64,000 nt of DNA from Naegleria gruberi (lineage: Eukaryota). A model generated the notes under the pieces. The model saw nothing but the letters and a program-made list of their open reading frames with translations, was not told the origin of the DNA and ran no database searches. Below are positions 23,488 to 35,400 of this stretch, in pieces (position 1 is the first letter of the stretch; the number at the start of each line of letters is the position of its first letter). The translations under genes were made by a program, and so were the position numbers. The stretch lies in the NCBI GenBank assembly GCA_000004985.1, contig GG738855.1. One strand, given 5' to 3'.

Positions 23488-26400
23488 ATGAAGTTTGGCA
23501 AAAGGTTACGTGATGAACAATGTCCCGAGTGGAGATTGTCCTATATGGACTACAAGGGATCTAAAAAATTAATTAAAAGAATTCAAACTAAATTGGAGGA
23601 GAGATATCATATTGACTTGCAAATGATTTTAAACGAAGTACCTCCGAGTGAAATTGGTGTACCCACCGATTACTTGGACAAGGAATTAACATCATTTGCC
23701 GATGAAATGTTTTATGCTGCTACTGGTTCCAATGTAGAGGAAAAGTCAGAAAATAATTTTATTAATTATTTGGAGGAGCACGGATTGGGAGGAATGTATT
23801 TACAAATTGTGCCAAAAGAAACTTGCCAATTTTTCAACAAACTTGAAAAGGAATTAGATAAGGTAAACAAATTTTATCTTCAAACTGAAAGAAAATTTTG
23901 TGTTAGACATGCCGAATTAATGATGCAATTGAGTGTGGGTTTAACAGAACCATTATCCAAAAATGACAAACAAAAAGTAAGAAGTGCATTCCAAGAGCAT
24001 TATAGAGCCCTTCTTTTATTAATGAATTTTAGAACTCTTAATTTTCAAGGCTTTTCCAACATTTTGAAAAAGGTAAGCTTTGTTTCAATTGTTTCAATTC
24101 TTGACATAAAACTAGTTGGACAAGTACACTAAAAGTAAGACTAAGACTAAATTGATGAAGAGAGTTAGAGATTCATATTTCTACTCATCCAAAGTTTTGG
24201 ATTATATGATGTCACAAATCGAGTATAAGTGTTCTGTATATATGTTTAAAGGAGATAGAAAGAAAGCTAAAGACTTTTTAAGACTTCCTCAAACTTTAGA
24301 AAAGCAAACATCACCATTTCGTTCAGGTATTTCTGTTGGAGCTGGTATTGTTTTATCAATAGCATTTGTTTTGACCTATGTGTTTTTATATCCTAGAAAT
24401 GATCCTCCCTCTTTTTCTGATGCCACCATGTATGTGTATAGATTAACTCTAGTGCCTATCATTTTAGCAGTATTGGTTGGTGTGAACCTTCAAATTTGGC
24501 AAAAAGCCCGTATTAATTATGTTTTCATTTTTAGATTCGACCCAAGAGATCACTTGAGTGTTTCTCAATATATTGAAGTAAGTTTTTACTTTCGTTGATT
24601 CTCACCACTTTAAAAGATGACTATGTTTATGTATAATATTACCATGGGAAGCTTACTAATTTACATGTACTCCATTATTACAAACACCTTTTATGAGTAT
24701 GCCTATCTTCACCCAATATTTTTATTTATTTTCCTGTTTATTTATATTTGCTTCCCATACAAATGGTTTTATGGCCATAGTAGATTGTGGCTTTTCAGAA
24801 TTATACTGAGGTTGTTAATGGCTCCATTCAGAAAAGTAGAATTTGCAGACTTTTGGTTTGCGGATCAATTGACTTCCCTTTCAGATTTTCTTTTTGAAAT
24901 TCAATTCGTTTATTGCGTTTATCCATCACTTTTTGTTGACAAGATTGATAGTTTTTGTTCAGATACTAGATCTTTAGGTATTCCAATTTTGAACATTTTA
25001 CCAAACTATATTCGTTTAATGCAATGTTTGAGACGTTACAGAGACAGCAAAAAACCTCACCCACACATTACCAATGCATTCAAATATTTATCGAGTATTA
25101 TTGCTACCATTATTGCCTTTTTAGATAAGAATATTGTTGCACGTACGTTTTTAATTTTCAACATTTTTATTCATTTTAATTGAACAATAGCAACACTACC
25201 TGGAAGTGATTGGAATTATATGAGAACTACATGGATTGTTGCTAATCTTATTAGCTCATTCTTCAAATTGATTTGGGATTTGAAAATGGATTGGTCCTTA
25301 CTACAATTCGAAAAGGACTCTGAACATAAGCTTTTGAGAAAGGAGCTTTTCTTCAGCCCATATTTCTACTATTTTTCAATTGTTACAAATATTTTAGCCA
25401 GATTCTTTTGGATTGTTGTTCTTTTATTGAAACAATTCTATAGCAAATATCTTGGAGATCAGTGGATAGGTTTTTGTTTTGGTCTAGTAGAAATTTTGAG
25501 AAGATTCCAGTGGAATTGTATCAGATTGGAGAATGAACATTTGAACAATGTTGGAGAATTTCGTGCTACTAATGTATGTTTTTTTAATAGTTTTGAAATA
25601 TTTAATATTTTAATAGGAAATTCCTTTACCATTCGAAATTTCCAGAATGATCAAGGCAAAGGAAAAGGAAATAACTAATGTAGACAGTATGTACAATTTT
25701 TTGAACATTCTTTTTCTAACTCTAATAGAATTGTTGCACTATATTTTCTTCTTCTGTAACCCTAGATCTGACGAAGACACTATCGATAAGGATATTAAGA
25801 AACTAAAGAGATTAAATCCAAGAAATTTACTCAAGACCAGTCTTTCACATGTTTCTTCCATGTTGGGAGGTGGCTTTGCAGCACTTTCAAAAGACAACCA
25901 TGACACTTCAATAGAACTGCAACCGATCAAGACCCCTATAACTATTCCATCACAGCAACCAATCCAAACACCATCTCAACAAAAACAACCAACCTTGAAA
26001 AGTACCTATTCTGTCGATAGTATTCACTCTGAAGGAGATGAAATAAGAAAGTCCAATAGCGAGTTTTACAAAAATCCAAAACCTGCCTCAACCTTTGTTA
26101 TTGATATTGAGGAAGAGAATTCATCCGATCAAATAGATTTAGCAAGAAGAAAGAATTCCATCCTAATAAGTGGTAATCCTATCAATATCACCTCACCAGT
26201 AACTCGCATACCTCAATTAGCTTCTCCATCCACTACTGACACGATTAATACTTCAAACGTGACTTCTACATCTTCTGCAAAGGAAGCTGCATCCAAACCA
26301 AAACTTTCCATCAGTACTGATTCGCCACGAAAGAGAGAAACTGTTCTTGTGAAAACCAAATCATTCAGAGCAAAAGAAACAGCTTCTTCTCAATCAGCAC

Positions 26401-26534
26401 CAAAAACTAGAATTACCATTGAGGATGATGAAGTTCCACAAACACCTCATTTAACCACAATTCTTGGTCAAATCTTTTCAAATCCTGGTAGTGGAGGTGA
26501 AGAAGATAACTTGGAAACAGACAACCAGGTATAA
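23488..26534 (+). CDS. XPR1: SPX-EXS phosphate exporter homolog (XPR1/PHO1/SYG1 family); join(23488..24072,24116..24577,24617..25142,25191..25573,25617..25686,25729..26534)
   Basis: The SPX N-terminus is MKFGKRLRDEQCPEWRLSYMDYKGSKKLIK. The multi-pass region is colinear with human XPR1 (FRKVEFADFWFADQLTSLS, IWDLKMDW, LRRFQWNCIRLENEHLNNVGEFRA, PLPF). Introns of 43, 39, 48, 43 and (optionally) 42 nt all have GT..AG boundaries. Total 2832 nt = 944 codons. There is a long S/T/P/Q-rich C-terminal extension. Confidence 0.85.
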
Positions 26535-26587
26535 TTCAATAAAATTGTTCCTATCCTCAAGTGAATTTTTTAAAAATTAAATAAAAA

Positions 26588-28114
26588 ATGGCTGATCCGA
26601 TAGTGGTGGAACAACAAACGCAACAACAGGACAAACAAGTTGTTTTACACAATGTCCCACCATTTTCGAGAGACATCAGACTTATATTGAACAAATACAT
26701 TGATTTGAATACAGTATCACTGAGGGATTTTAAAATTTTATGGAAGTCTCTCAAGTTTTCCTACATTCATGAAGGTAGACCCGATGAAGTAAATTATGAA
26801 ACTTATATACAGGAAGTTTTTACAACATGTATAGGATATTTAATATTTAATCAAGAGACAAAATTATCACAGAAGGAAATTGAAGATCTCAACCTTTCGG
26901 ATCAAGATGCAGATTATTATCCTTTAAATTTTAGAATTAGAGTTGGAGTTATTTATTTATTATATTTCCTGTATTGTACACAACCAAAAACTATTCAATC
27001 AGCATCTCACAAACAAAAACCAGTACAAATCAAAATATCAATTGATGCTTTTAAAGAACTTGTAAATATGATGGAACAATTTATCGAGAAGGATTTGACA
27101 GAGCCTTATATTGTGTTGAGCAGACTGAGAAGTCTTTCTGCTTTCGAATATTGTGCAATGACCTATGTTGATCCAGTAATGAGCTCTCTCAAAGATCCTA
27201 ATGATAATTTGGAAGAAGAGTTGGTATCTGATGAAGTTGCCAAAATTGCCACCACAAGTCACATACCTAAATTGGCTATGGAAGAATTGAAACAAGTTGC
27301 TGTTGACTATCAAACAGTTAAAGAAGATATTGTAAAAGGAATTGAACGATCAAGTGATAATATTACTCATCAACATACAGTTATAGGACAAATATCTGTT
27401 GCTAAAAGTTTAGGGTTATGTAAATCTGAATTTGTGGACGAATTAAAAAGTCAAAGTAATAGCTTGGTAGTAACAGATGAACTAAAGATCACTCAATTTT
27501 TGGATAAGTGGGAGAATGACCCTTCAGGAAGTTCACTTATTAAAAAGAAGAGAAGGAAAAAGAGAGTTAAGAAAAAAGATGATGATACTCCAAAGGTGGT
27601 CAACCAAACAACCAAAAAACCTCCATCAAAAGTTTCCATCGAGGTCAGTAAGGCTGTCAATGATTATATTGCTACATCATTCCAACCTGGAGAAGAGGAA
27701 CCTACTAAAAAGAAAAAGAAGGCTGCCCCAAAAAGAAAAAAGGATCAAGATGAAGAAAATGAGGAACCAAAGAAGAAGAAATCAAAAAAGAAGGAATCTA
27801 CCGAATCATCTGAAAAAAAGACCAAGAAGAAATCAAAGAAGAAAGATGATCAAATTGTCGAGGAAGAAGCTGGAGAACCCAAGAAAAAGAAATCAAAGAA
27901 GAGGGATAATGAAGAGGAACCAAAGAAAAAGAAATCAAAAAAGAAAGCAGAAAGTGAAGACGAATCTGACCAAAAGACTAAAAAGAAAAAGTCAAAAAAG
28001 AAAGAATCTGAAAAAAAGACCAAGTCTTCTTCAAAAAAGAAGGATACAAGCAAAAAGAAGAAATCTAAAGATACTGAAGAAAATGAAGAAGCAAAAGAAA
28101 CTGGTTTGGAATAA
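26588..28114 (+). CDS. SNAPC1: snRNA-activating protein complex subunit 1 (SNAPC1/SNAP43)-like, with lysine-rich repetitive C-terminus
   Basis: The N-terminal domain FKILWKSLKFSYIHEGR...YYPLNFRIRVGVIYLLYFLYCTQPKTIQ is colinear with human SNAPC1 (FTELWRNMKFGTIFCGR...YTFQIRVGALYLLYGLYNTQLCQPKQKI). The C-terminus is built from EPKKKKSKKK-type repeats. Confidence 0.6.
   Translation: MADPIVVEQQTQQQDKQVVLHNVPPFSRDIRLILNKYIDLNTVSLRDFKILWKSLKFSYIHEGRPDEVNYETYIQEVFTTCIGYLIFNQETKLSQKEIEDLNLSDQDADYYPLNFRIRVGVIYLLYFLYCTQPKTIQSASHKQKPVQIKISIDAFKELVNMMEQFIEKDLTEPYIVLSRLRSLSAFEYCAMTYVDPVMSSLKDPNDNLEEELVSDEVAKIATTSHIPKLAMEELKQVAVDYQTVKEDIVKGIERSSDNITHQHTVIGQISVAKSLGLCKSEFVDELKSQSNSLVVTDELKITQFLDKWENDPSGSSLIKKKRRKKRVKKKDDDTPKVVNQTTKKPPSKVSIEVSKAVNDYIATSFQPGEEEPTKKKKKAAPKRKKDQDEENEEPKKKKSKKKESTESSEKKTKKKSKKKDDQIVEEEAGEPKKKKSKKRDNEEEPKKKKSKKKAESEDESDQKTKKKKSKKKESEKKTKSSSKKKDTSKKKKSKDTEENEEAKETGLE
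27700..28080 (+). repeat. Coding tandem repeat (about 5 units of E-E-P-K-K-K-K-S-K-K-K with D/E spacers) in the SNAPC1-like tail
   Basis: Repeated gaaccaaagaagaagaaatcaaaaaagaa-like units are visible. An alternative-frame ORF 27516..28136 is a by-product of this repeat. Confidence 0.6.
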
Positions 28115-28115
28115 T

Positions 28116-30488
28116 TTATTGATCAGCACTAAGTGATAATCTCAACTCTTCCAGTGCTTTTGAATACCTCATATTAGGAATGTCAGTAACTTGTTCTTTC
28201 ACCACTTCTTCTAATTTAATGCAATCACGAAGAATTTGATCTTGAATAGAAGAGGTCTTGTTTGTACTACCCTTATTCTTTCTAAGTCTATCCAGAGATT
28301 GTTGGGTCTTTTTGTAATCTTCAACAATTTTAATACAATCCTGTTTGAATTTACTACATGTATCAAAAAGAACCTGTTCCAATATTTCATTCACAAGATC
28401 TTCTCTCATAGATTTTCCTTCATTTGTTTTGAATTGAGCCAAAGGCTTGAATACTTCAGTAATAAATGATGAAACTGTTGTTTTGGCACTAGCACTTGTC
28501 CAATTATAGCTAGCCTTAGAAAGACTACCAATGCACTTGTCTCTCAACAATGATTTGATCTTATCTATGAGAATTAAGAAAACTGGTGAAGCTTCCTTCT
28601 TATGGTCGAGTAATGTAATTCTGCTTTGATATGAATGTTTCACAAGTCTCAAAACTTCCTCCTGTTTTGTAAGGAAAATGGATCCATCAATGTTTGTAAT
28701 TGTTGTTTCCAAATCAACTAGCTTTGAGATGAGTGAACATAAGTAACCTGGTGTGGCGCTTCCATCCTGTGATAAATTTTTACAGACTGTCAAAAGTTGA
28801 GGGATATATTGCTCCAATAACCATTTTTGGAATCTTGAAGTTGTCTGGATGTAAAGAGTTAAGAAATCTTGGGTGAGTTCAGGAAGAAAGGTTGATGAAG
28901 GGTTGAAAAGACTATTCTTCACCAAGTCTATCATCTTGTCCATAACACCCTTCAACCTAAGATCACATGCATTCTCCAGAGAGACTTCTTGTTGATTGGA
29001 TTGAACTTGTTGAGAGAGGGCTGCCTCAAATTCCTTAACCGCCTGCTGTTTAACAAGTGCAAAGTAAATCTTTGTTTGCCACTTGGTTTTGATTACAGTA
29101 TGTAGTGTGTAAGTGAAAAGATCCATCTCATGTCTTGAAACAAATCGTTTACAAAAGTCGTCGGTAAATTGTTTCTGTGTTAAAAACATGGTGTGAAATG
29201 TTTTGGTATTTCTGTATTCGAATAGGAATTTGCATTGATCAGAATGTAACTTGGAAATTACTGGCTGAAGTACACTGTTATTGATAAAGTTGTAACGCTT
29301 AATAAAGGTATGGAGATGATTGTCATCCTGTGATATCATGTAATCAGCCATAATGGTTGTAGTAAATGGGCTTGATCCCTCTCCAATATTATTAATTTCA
29401 AGAATAGGATCCATCACTAGTGCCAACTTGGTATTAATGGTATCGTATAGTAATGTTTTTACATTGATTTCTGGATTGTTTTTACATTGGGTAATGCACT
29501 CTTTTGTGAATATAGAGTCCAACAGTGGATTTACAATGGAAATAGCAAGTCGGTCCTCGATCAAACCAACATTTCCGAACAAGTACAGAGATTCCATACA
29601 GTCCAATATCTTTAACAATCCTACATGATATAATTCTTCTTGTTTTCCTGTTTGTCCATTTAATTTAAGGAAATACAGGAAAGATGAAGAGAGTTGACCC
29701 AAATATAAATTCTCAGCATCTTTCAATAATGCATCTACCTTTTCGTAAAATTCGAATAAAACAACCATATGTTGCTTTTCCATATTGGTATGAGTAGAAA
29801 TATTCTCCTCCGATAATTCTAAAAGAGTTCCTTCTATTTGCTTGAGAGTGTTTGTACAAAATTTAAGATGATCAGCAATACTGCTGAATATGCAATCCTC
29901 GGAGCCGAAATCTGTGCTGTTGGAATCAACTTTTTCCTTCTCGCTGTTCAACTTTAGAAATATATTAAACTTCACCAATTGATAAATTTCTAATAATTTC
30001 TTTGAAATATATTCCTTTTGTGTTGCTCTTCTCTTTACAAGTAATTCCTTTTCACATTTACTCATTAAATTATGAATAAAACTTTCAAACTCCTTCATTT
30101 GTTGAATGAGTGATGGCATTGATGTAGTCACTTGATCCACAGTAATAGTATTCAACTTGCTAGAAAATTCAATAAAGGAAGAATATTCCTTGTGAATAAT
30201 AGATATTGTTTCTTCCTTTAAATAATCTTTAAATTCCTGCAACTCTTCCAGTAGTGTATCCAATGAATCAACTCTCGATCTATACTCATTAACAAAATCA
30301 ACAGCAGAAAATGATTGTTGTTTTAGAGCACTAGTTGGTGTTGTCAATGAAAAATCAACAGAATCAAACTCCTTGATAGGAGTTGTTGCCGATGACAATC
30401 TATGATGATCACCACTCACAAGAAATACATCCAACGGAAATGTATACTTGTTTTGCTTACTCTTTGTCATCCATAAGAAATCACTCAT
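28116..30488 (-). CDS. COG2: Conserved oligomeric Golgi complex subunit 2 (COG2)-like
   Basis: 790-aa single ORF. The N-terminal region FSAVDFVNEYRSRVDSLDTLLEELQEFKDYLKEETISIIHKEYSSFIEFSSKLNTI is colinear with the COG2 N-terminal domain (FDVDHFVSDCRKRV..LRDDLELYYKLLKTAMVELINKDYADFVNLSTNLVGM). The stop codon at 28116-28118 lies 1 bp from the SNAPC1-like stop at 28112-28114. Confidence 0.65.
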   Translation of the reverse strand: MSDFLWMTKSKQNKYTFPLDVFLVSGDHHRLSSATTPIKEFDSVDFSLTTPTSALKQQSFSAVDFVNEYRSRVDSLDTLLEELQEFKDYLKEETISIIHKEYSSFIEFSSKLNTITVDQVTTSMPSLIQQMKEFESFIHNLMSKCEKELLVKRRATQKEYISKKLLEIYQLVKFNIFLKLNSEKEKVDSNSTDFGSEDCIFSSIADHLKFCTNTLKQIEGTLLELSEENISTHTNMEKQHMVVLFEFYEKVDALLKDAENLYLGQLSSSFLYFLKLNGQTGKQEELYHVGLLKILDCMESLYLFGNVGLIEDRLAISIVNPLLDSIFTKECITQCKNNPEINVKTLLYDTINTKLALVMDPILEINNIGEGSSPFTTTIMADYMISQDDNHLHTFIKRYNFINNSVLQPVISKLHSDQCKFLFEYRNTKTFHTMFLTQKQFTDDFCKRFVSRHEMDLFTYTLHTVIKTKWQTKIYFALVKQQAVKEFEAALSQQVQSNQQEVSLENACDLRLKGVMDKMIDLVKNSLFNPSSTFLPELTQDFLTLYIQTTSRFQKWLLEQYIPQLLTVCKNLSQDGSATPGYLCSLISKLVDLETTITNIDGSIFLTKQEEVLRLVKHSYQSRITLLDHKKEASPVFLILIDKIKSLLRDKCIGSLSKASYNWTSASAKTTVSSFITEVFKPLAQFKTNEGKSMREDLVNEILEQVLFDTCSKFKQDCIKIVEDYKKTQQSLDRLRKNKGSTNKTSSIQDQILRDCIKLEEVVKEQVTDIPNMRYSKALEELRLSLSADQ

Positions 30489-30671
30489 TTTCCACTCTTC
30501 TATTTACTAGATGATCAATTTTCCGCCTTCAATAATAAATCCACAACAAAAACAAGACTTCGTGTTCAATAATCAGTCTGATGCTGTTGCTACAATGATG
30601 GTGAGGTACAATAAAACACTCTGTAAAAAAACAAGACTTTTTTTTAAATATTTTTTAATTTTAAAAAAAAT

Positions 30672-32384
30672 TTGATGATGAATAATTCTGCCACCTCTTC
30701 ATCCAACCAACAAACATCTTCGACGAGTGCTTCGTCATCGGCAGGTACTGCTAATAGTGGAGGAGGACAGTCGGGTGGTTCTGCTGCTTCTGGTGGTTTG
30801 AATCCAACAATGATCGTGAATAATTCTGGAAATACAATTGCTTGTGGAGATTTGTTCTATGCATTCTTTAATCAACCACATCATCAACAAAATGTCAAGT
30901 CTGGATCTTCCTCAGCTTCTATGAAGCAACAACAACAATATATTCAACAATTACTTCAGGAAGATGTTGATGATTTCCAAAATCCTAGTTCCAAAATGTT
31001 CAAGAGGTTTTTATATCAAATGGTCGTAAAGTATGTATTCATAGTATTTGTGTGATTAATATTAATTATTGATGGAATTAGCCAATTAAAACATGATGGA
31101 TTCCAAGGAGCAGCAAATGCTGTCTCTGAAGCTCTTTTCTTGGAACAGGACAATCAACTCTTTGAAAAGGAACCACAACGATTGAGTGAATTACTTCTTC
31201 TTGGTATGGAAAAGGAAAAGGAATTGAAATACGATATCTTTGTAGAACCATCATCCAAAAAGAATACTAAGAAGAGAAAGTCTGATTTTGCTTCACAACA
31301 AAATCATGTCATTACACTCGGAGAAAACATTCACAAGAGTGTTCCAACAACAACATCATCATCATCTTCACAAGCACAAAAGGAAGGATTATCTGCTGAT
31401 GGTTTGGCTCTCAAGCATTGTAATTTTACAACCAAGTTTATTACAACTCACAAAGGAGCTGCTAGATGTGCCAAGTTTTCAAATGATGGAAGATATGTTG
31501 TCACAGGATCTTCTGACTGTTCACTCAAGTTATTGGATGTTTCTAAAATGAACTATCACCATCAAACAAAGGCAGAAGTTGAAGATTATTCAAATGCTCG
31601 ACCTGTCATTAGAACTTTTTATGATCACATCATGCCAATTAATGATGTTGAATTCCACCCATATTTACCAGTTATTGTTTCAGCTGCTAAGGATAATTCC
31701 ATTAAATTTTTCGACATTACAAAGCCAACTGTAAAGAAAGCTTTTCACACTATTGAGGAGTCTCATAATGTTAGAACTATTTCTATCCATCCATCTGGAA
31801 ATTATTTACTTGTAGGAACAGATGATACAGTCATTAGAACTTATGATTTGACAAATAATTACAAATGTTATACATCTTCGAATACATACGACAATCACTT
31901 TAAATCACTAAATCAGGTTAGATATTCACCAGACGGTAAAATGTTTATCAGTGCAGGAAAGGATGGTGCTATCAAGATTTGGGATGGTGTAACTGGCAGA
32001 TGTGTTACAACAATTCCAAAAGCTCATGGTAATTCAGTTTTCTCTGTACAATTCTCTCAAAATTCTAAATATTTCCTCTCTGGTGGATCTGATTCTATTG
32101 TAAGGATATGGGATCTTTCTACTGGTAAACAAGTGAGGTCATACGAACCACCAAAACCTCAAGAAGTCAACTATAGGGTTCAAGCTAGTTTCAATTTTAA
32201 CGAAAGTGGTGTTATGTCTTCTTTCCATAATGATATTATCATTTGGGATACTAGAATGTCCAGTATTTCACACCAATTATCAGGACATATTAAACCTGTT
32301 CGATGGATAGCCTCTTCTCCAGTGATGCACTCAATCATGTCTTGCAGTGAAGATTTGAGAGCTCGTTTCTGGAATGGAGAATAA
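30672..32384 (+). CDS. CSTF1: Cleavage stimulation factor 50 kDa subunit (CstF-50/CSTF1), WD40; join(30672..31030,31082..32384)
   Basis: After a 51-nt GTATGT..TTAG intron, exon 2 reads QLKHDGFQGAANAVSEALF...LLLLGMEKEK, matching the human CstF-50 dimerisation region QLLYDGYISIANGLINE...LIKLGMEND. The WD repeats are colinear (PVIRTFYDHIMPINDVEFHP vs [21 protein letters not shown]), and the C-terminus CSEDLRARFWNGE matches CSDDFRARFW. Total 1662 nt = 554 codons. Confidence 0.88.
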
Positions 32385-32445
32385 ATATTGTTTTATTAAA
32401 AAACCTTCAATTATAATAAATAAATCAATTTATTAGTAGTAACAT

Positions 32446-35400
32446 TTAAGAAAGATCAAAGGTGTTTCTTCCCAATTGTATAGATGTTTCCATTCTTAGT
32501 TTGAGAGTTTGGAGCGATGTGTAGGCAGGTAATTTCAAATAGTTGAAACATGTATTGGATGTAGGTAAGGTATTGTCTGGGTTTTGACCTGTCTTTTCGA
32601 CGATAGTAATCTTCAATCCATCTATTGGAATTCTAGAACAACCGGTTACAAATTGAAGGAAGAGCTTTTGTTCTGATGCGCTCAAAGATAACAACCATTC
32701 CATTAAGAAGAGAATTGGTTCAGAATTGATGGTATAACCGTGTGAACATTGAATACAATCGAGCAAAGATTGCTTATCCTTCCATATTTCATCGCTTCCC
32801 TTGATAAAGAGTGATATTTCATCTGATGAAAAGCTCTTCAACAATTTCAAACCCCTATTCGAAATTATTTCTCTCAAACCAAATCTGATACAATTAATTT
32901 GTTCCATAACTCCCTCATTACACAAATAATTGGTCAAGCATGTCACATATTCATCAATGTTGTGAATTGTTACATCACTTGAAATTTCCTCGAGTGGTTT
33001 CAATTTGTAATTACCAAATGTGAAATCTAAGCTCAGCAAATCAATTTCAGATTTGAGCTTTTCCCATTCCTCTGAACCCTCTTGAATATTCTTCTTAATA
33101 TCTGCATATTTTATAATGGAGGTGATAGAGGTGAACAGTGTAGGATTGATTGAAGAATAGTCATTCAATTGGCATGGAGAGTTTGAAATTATCATATCTA
33201 TCATATTCAAGTTACATTCAAGATCCAAAAGTCTACCATCTTCAATGGCCTTACCAATCAAGGATCCCACCAGAGAGTACATGAATTGTTTCTCACCAGA
33301 TAAATGTTCAAAACTATTTTCAGATACAAGCTCAGGGAAGATACCGTATGCTGTTTTTACATAATCAGAATCGTCACTGGATTGATTCATCCACAAGCAG
33401 TGTTGCTTCTTTTGTAATTCTCTTGAAAGTAAATCAAAGAAAGCCCTCGTTGGACCAAGGCCAGTTCCGACTAATGAAATAATTAGACAAAGAAAATGAA
33501 ATACTTACCTTCATTTTCATATTCGAACTCCAAAATAGATTTAGAGGAGAAATTTTGTGGTTTGATTTGGGAAAGAGTTTGTTCTACTATTTTCTCTCTG
33601 TCCATAATTTTGACTTTCTCTGACTTTTTCCTGCCAATTCTAGTATCATTCGAGTCACCAACAGCTCCACACTGAGATTGAAGAATAGATGAAGGATGGA
33701 GAGTGACGCCACTCCACTTGAAGAAGAAATTTCTTCTTGTAGAAAGAGGTAGAAGGAAAGTTCCACAATGTGTTGCAATATTGTACATCCAAGATGGGAG
33801 AGTTCCACTAATCATTGCCAAAACAAGCCCAATGAAATATGAGTCCTTATTTTGTTGGATAATGAACTTGCTAGCCACTTGAAGGTTTTGGAAATTGCTT
33901 GGATCGATAATATTGTTGTTCTTTCTGTTTAGTTCGAAGAGAACCTTGAGAAGAATCAGGCAATTTGTCAATTCTTGTGAATGTGATTTCATATCTGCAG
34001 TAAATTGCTTGATCCATAGTAGTAATTTTTCGTTGAATGGACTCTTGGTTGGGTGTGTATTTTGGTGACTGTTCTCTTTCAAAAATTCCTTCAATTTGTG
34101 TGTTTTGTCAACAAATTTGTATGAAATTTCATACTCTTTGCTGAAAAGTTCCAAAATAACACTCTCCTCACACAGAGATAGCTTCTTCTCATTTAGAACT
34201 GTTTCAAAGAGAGTTAGTGAAGGCTCATCGCATAAATTCCCATCAATCGATATTTGAATCTGCTTGCCTTGAAGATCAATCTTTGAGGCTATAAAGTTCT
34301 CTATTGTCTTTATAGTAATAAGTGGCTCTGCCTTGAGGGAACCCTTCCAATCATGAGTTGAATTAGTAGGTTTAATATTCAAAACGACTCCTGATGCAAA
34401 CTTTTTCACTGTAGCTTCAGTGATACTAATATCTGATATTTTGAATGAGCTTTGAGCCAGCTTATCAATGAGGGAATGTAATAACTCTACCAAATTGGAC
34501 AAAACATCTCTATTCCTCACGATATACTTTTCCAAATCTTCAACACTGAAATCAAATGCAGAGATCAATGCATTAGTAAAGCTAGTCACAAAATTGGATT
34601 GCTCAAATGAGTATGATGAAATGGTTGATTGGTTAAGTATGTTGGCTAGTTCCTGCATAATTTCGCTATCAATTAAATTCTTTTTCAAAGAGGAACAAAT
34701 AGAGTGGAGCTTATTTTCCTCCTCTGAGGTATGATTGTAGTGAAGCTTGTCAGAGAAATAGTTATCTAAAATTGCCTGAGAGTTTGATTGGATAAGCCTA
34801 CTAATTGAAGTTTCAATAGGCTCTGATTGAGAATCTTTGGAAGAGTTAATCAATTCAGTGAGTGTACTTATAACTCCCTCTCTTAGAATAATCTTTTTAA
34901 CAGAGTCAAAACCACTATCAAGCTTGAGCAGAGAATGAATAATATGCAAGCAATTGGTAATTACAATAGAATCAAGTCTTGTAGCGTTTGAAAACTCTTG
35001 AGCAGACATGGTGAGATACATTGGTGAGCTATCTGTATCTTCGGAGGAACCTGCAGAGGAGGTATCATCTACATCCATCTTGTGGTGAGAGTATTGATTG
35101 AGGGTTTTGATCGCATATTTGGCAAGTATTTGTACACTTCTGGTTGGGATCTTGGAGGAGGATTTTTGATGGCTATTTACAAAACTATTCAAAATTTTAC
35201 AAATAATGTTAAGGCAATCTTTTCTATAAAACTCATTAGTAGAAAGGGCAATAAGAGGCTCTAATAATTCTTCCAAAGCATATTCAGAAATAAGCTTTTT
35301 GTTTTCTGTATCAAGTTTTGAGAAGGTGTTAAGTTTGATGAATTTATCCTTGCTCTTTGTGAGAGTTGGTTTCGTACTGGAGGATTTACTTCTGCTACCT

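Noticed and set aside
27516-28136. 206-aa K/R-rich ORF on the plus strand overlapping the SNAPC1-like tail; also 27850..28053 minus, 9763..10206 plus, 9809..10102 minus, 9447..9806 minus
   Set aside because: These are alternative-frame or antisense readings of lysine- and glutamate-rich repeat DNA (AAG/GAA runs). Such sequence yields open frames in several phases. The conserved-domain frame is the listed gene.
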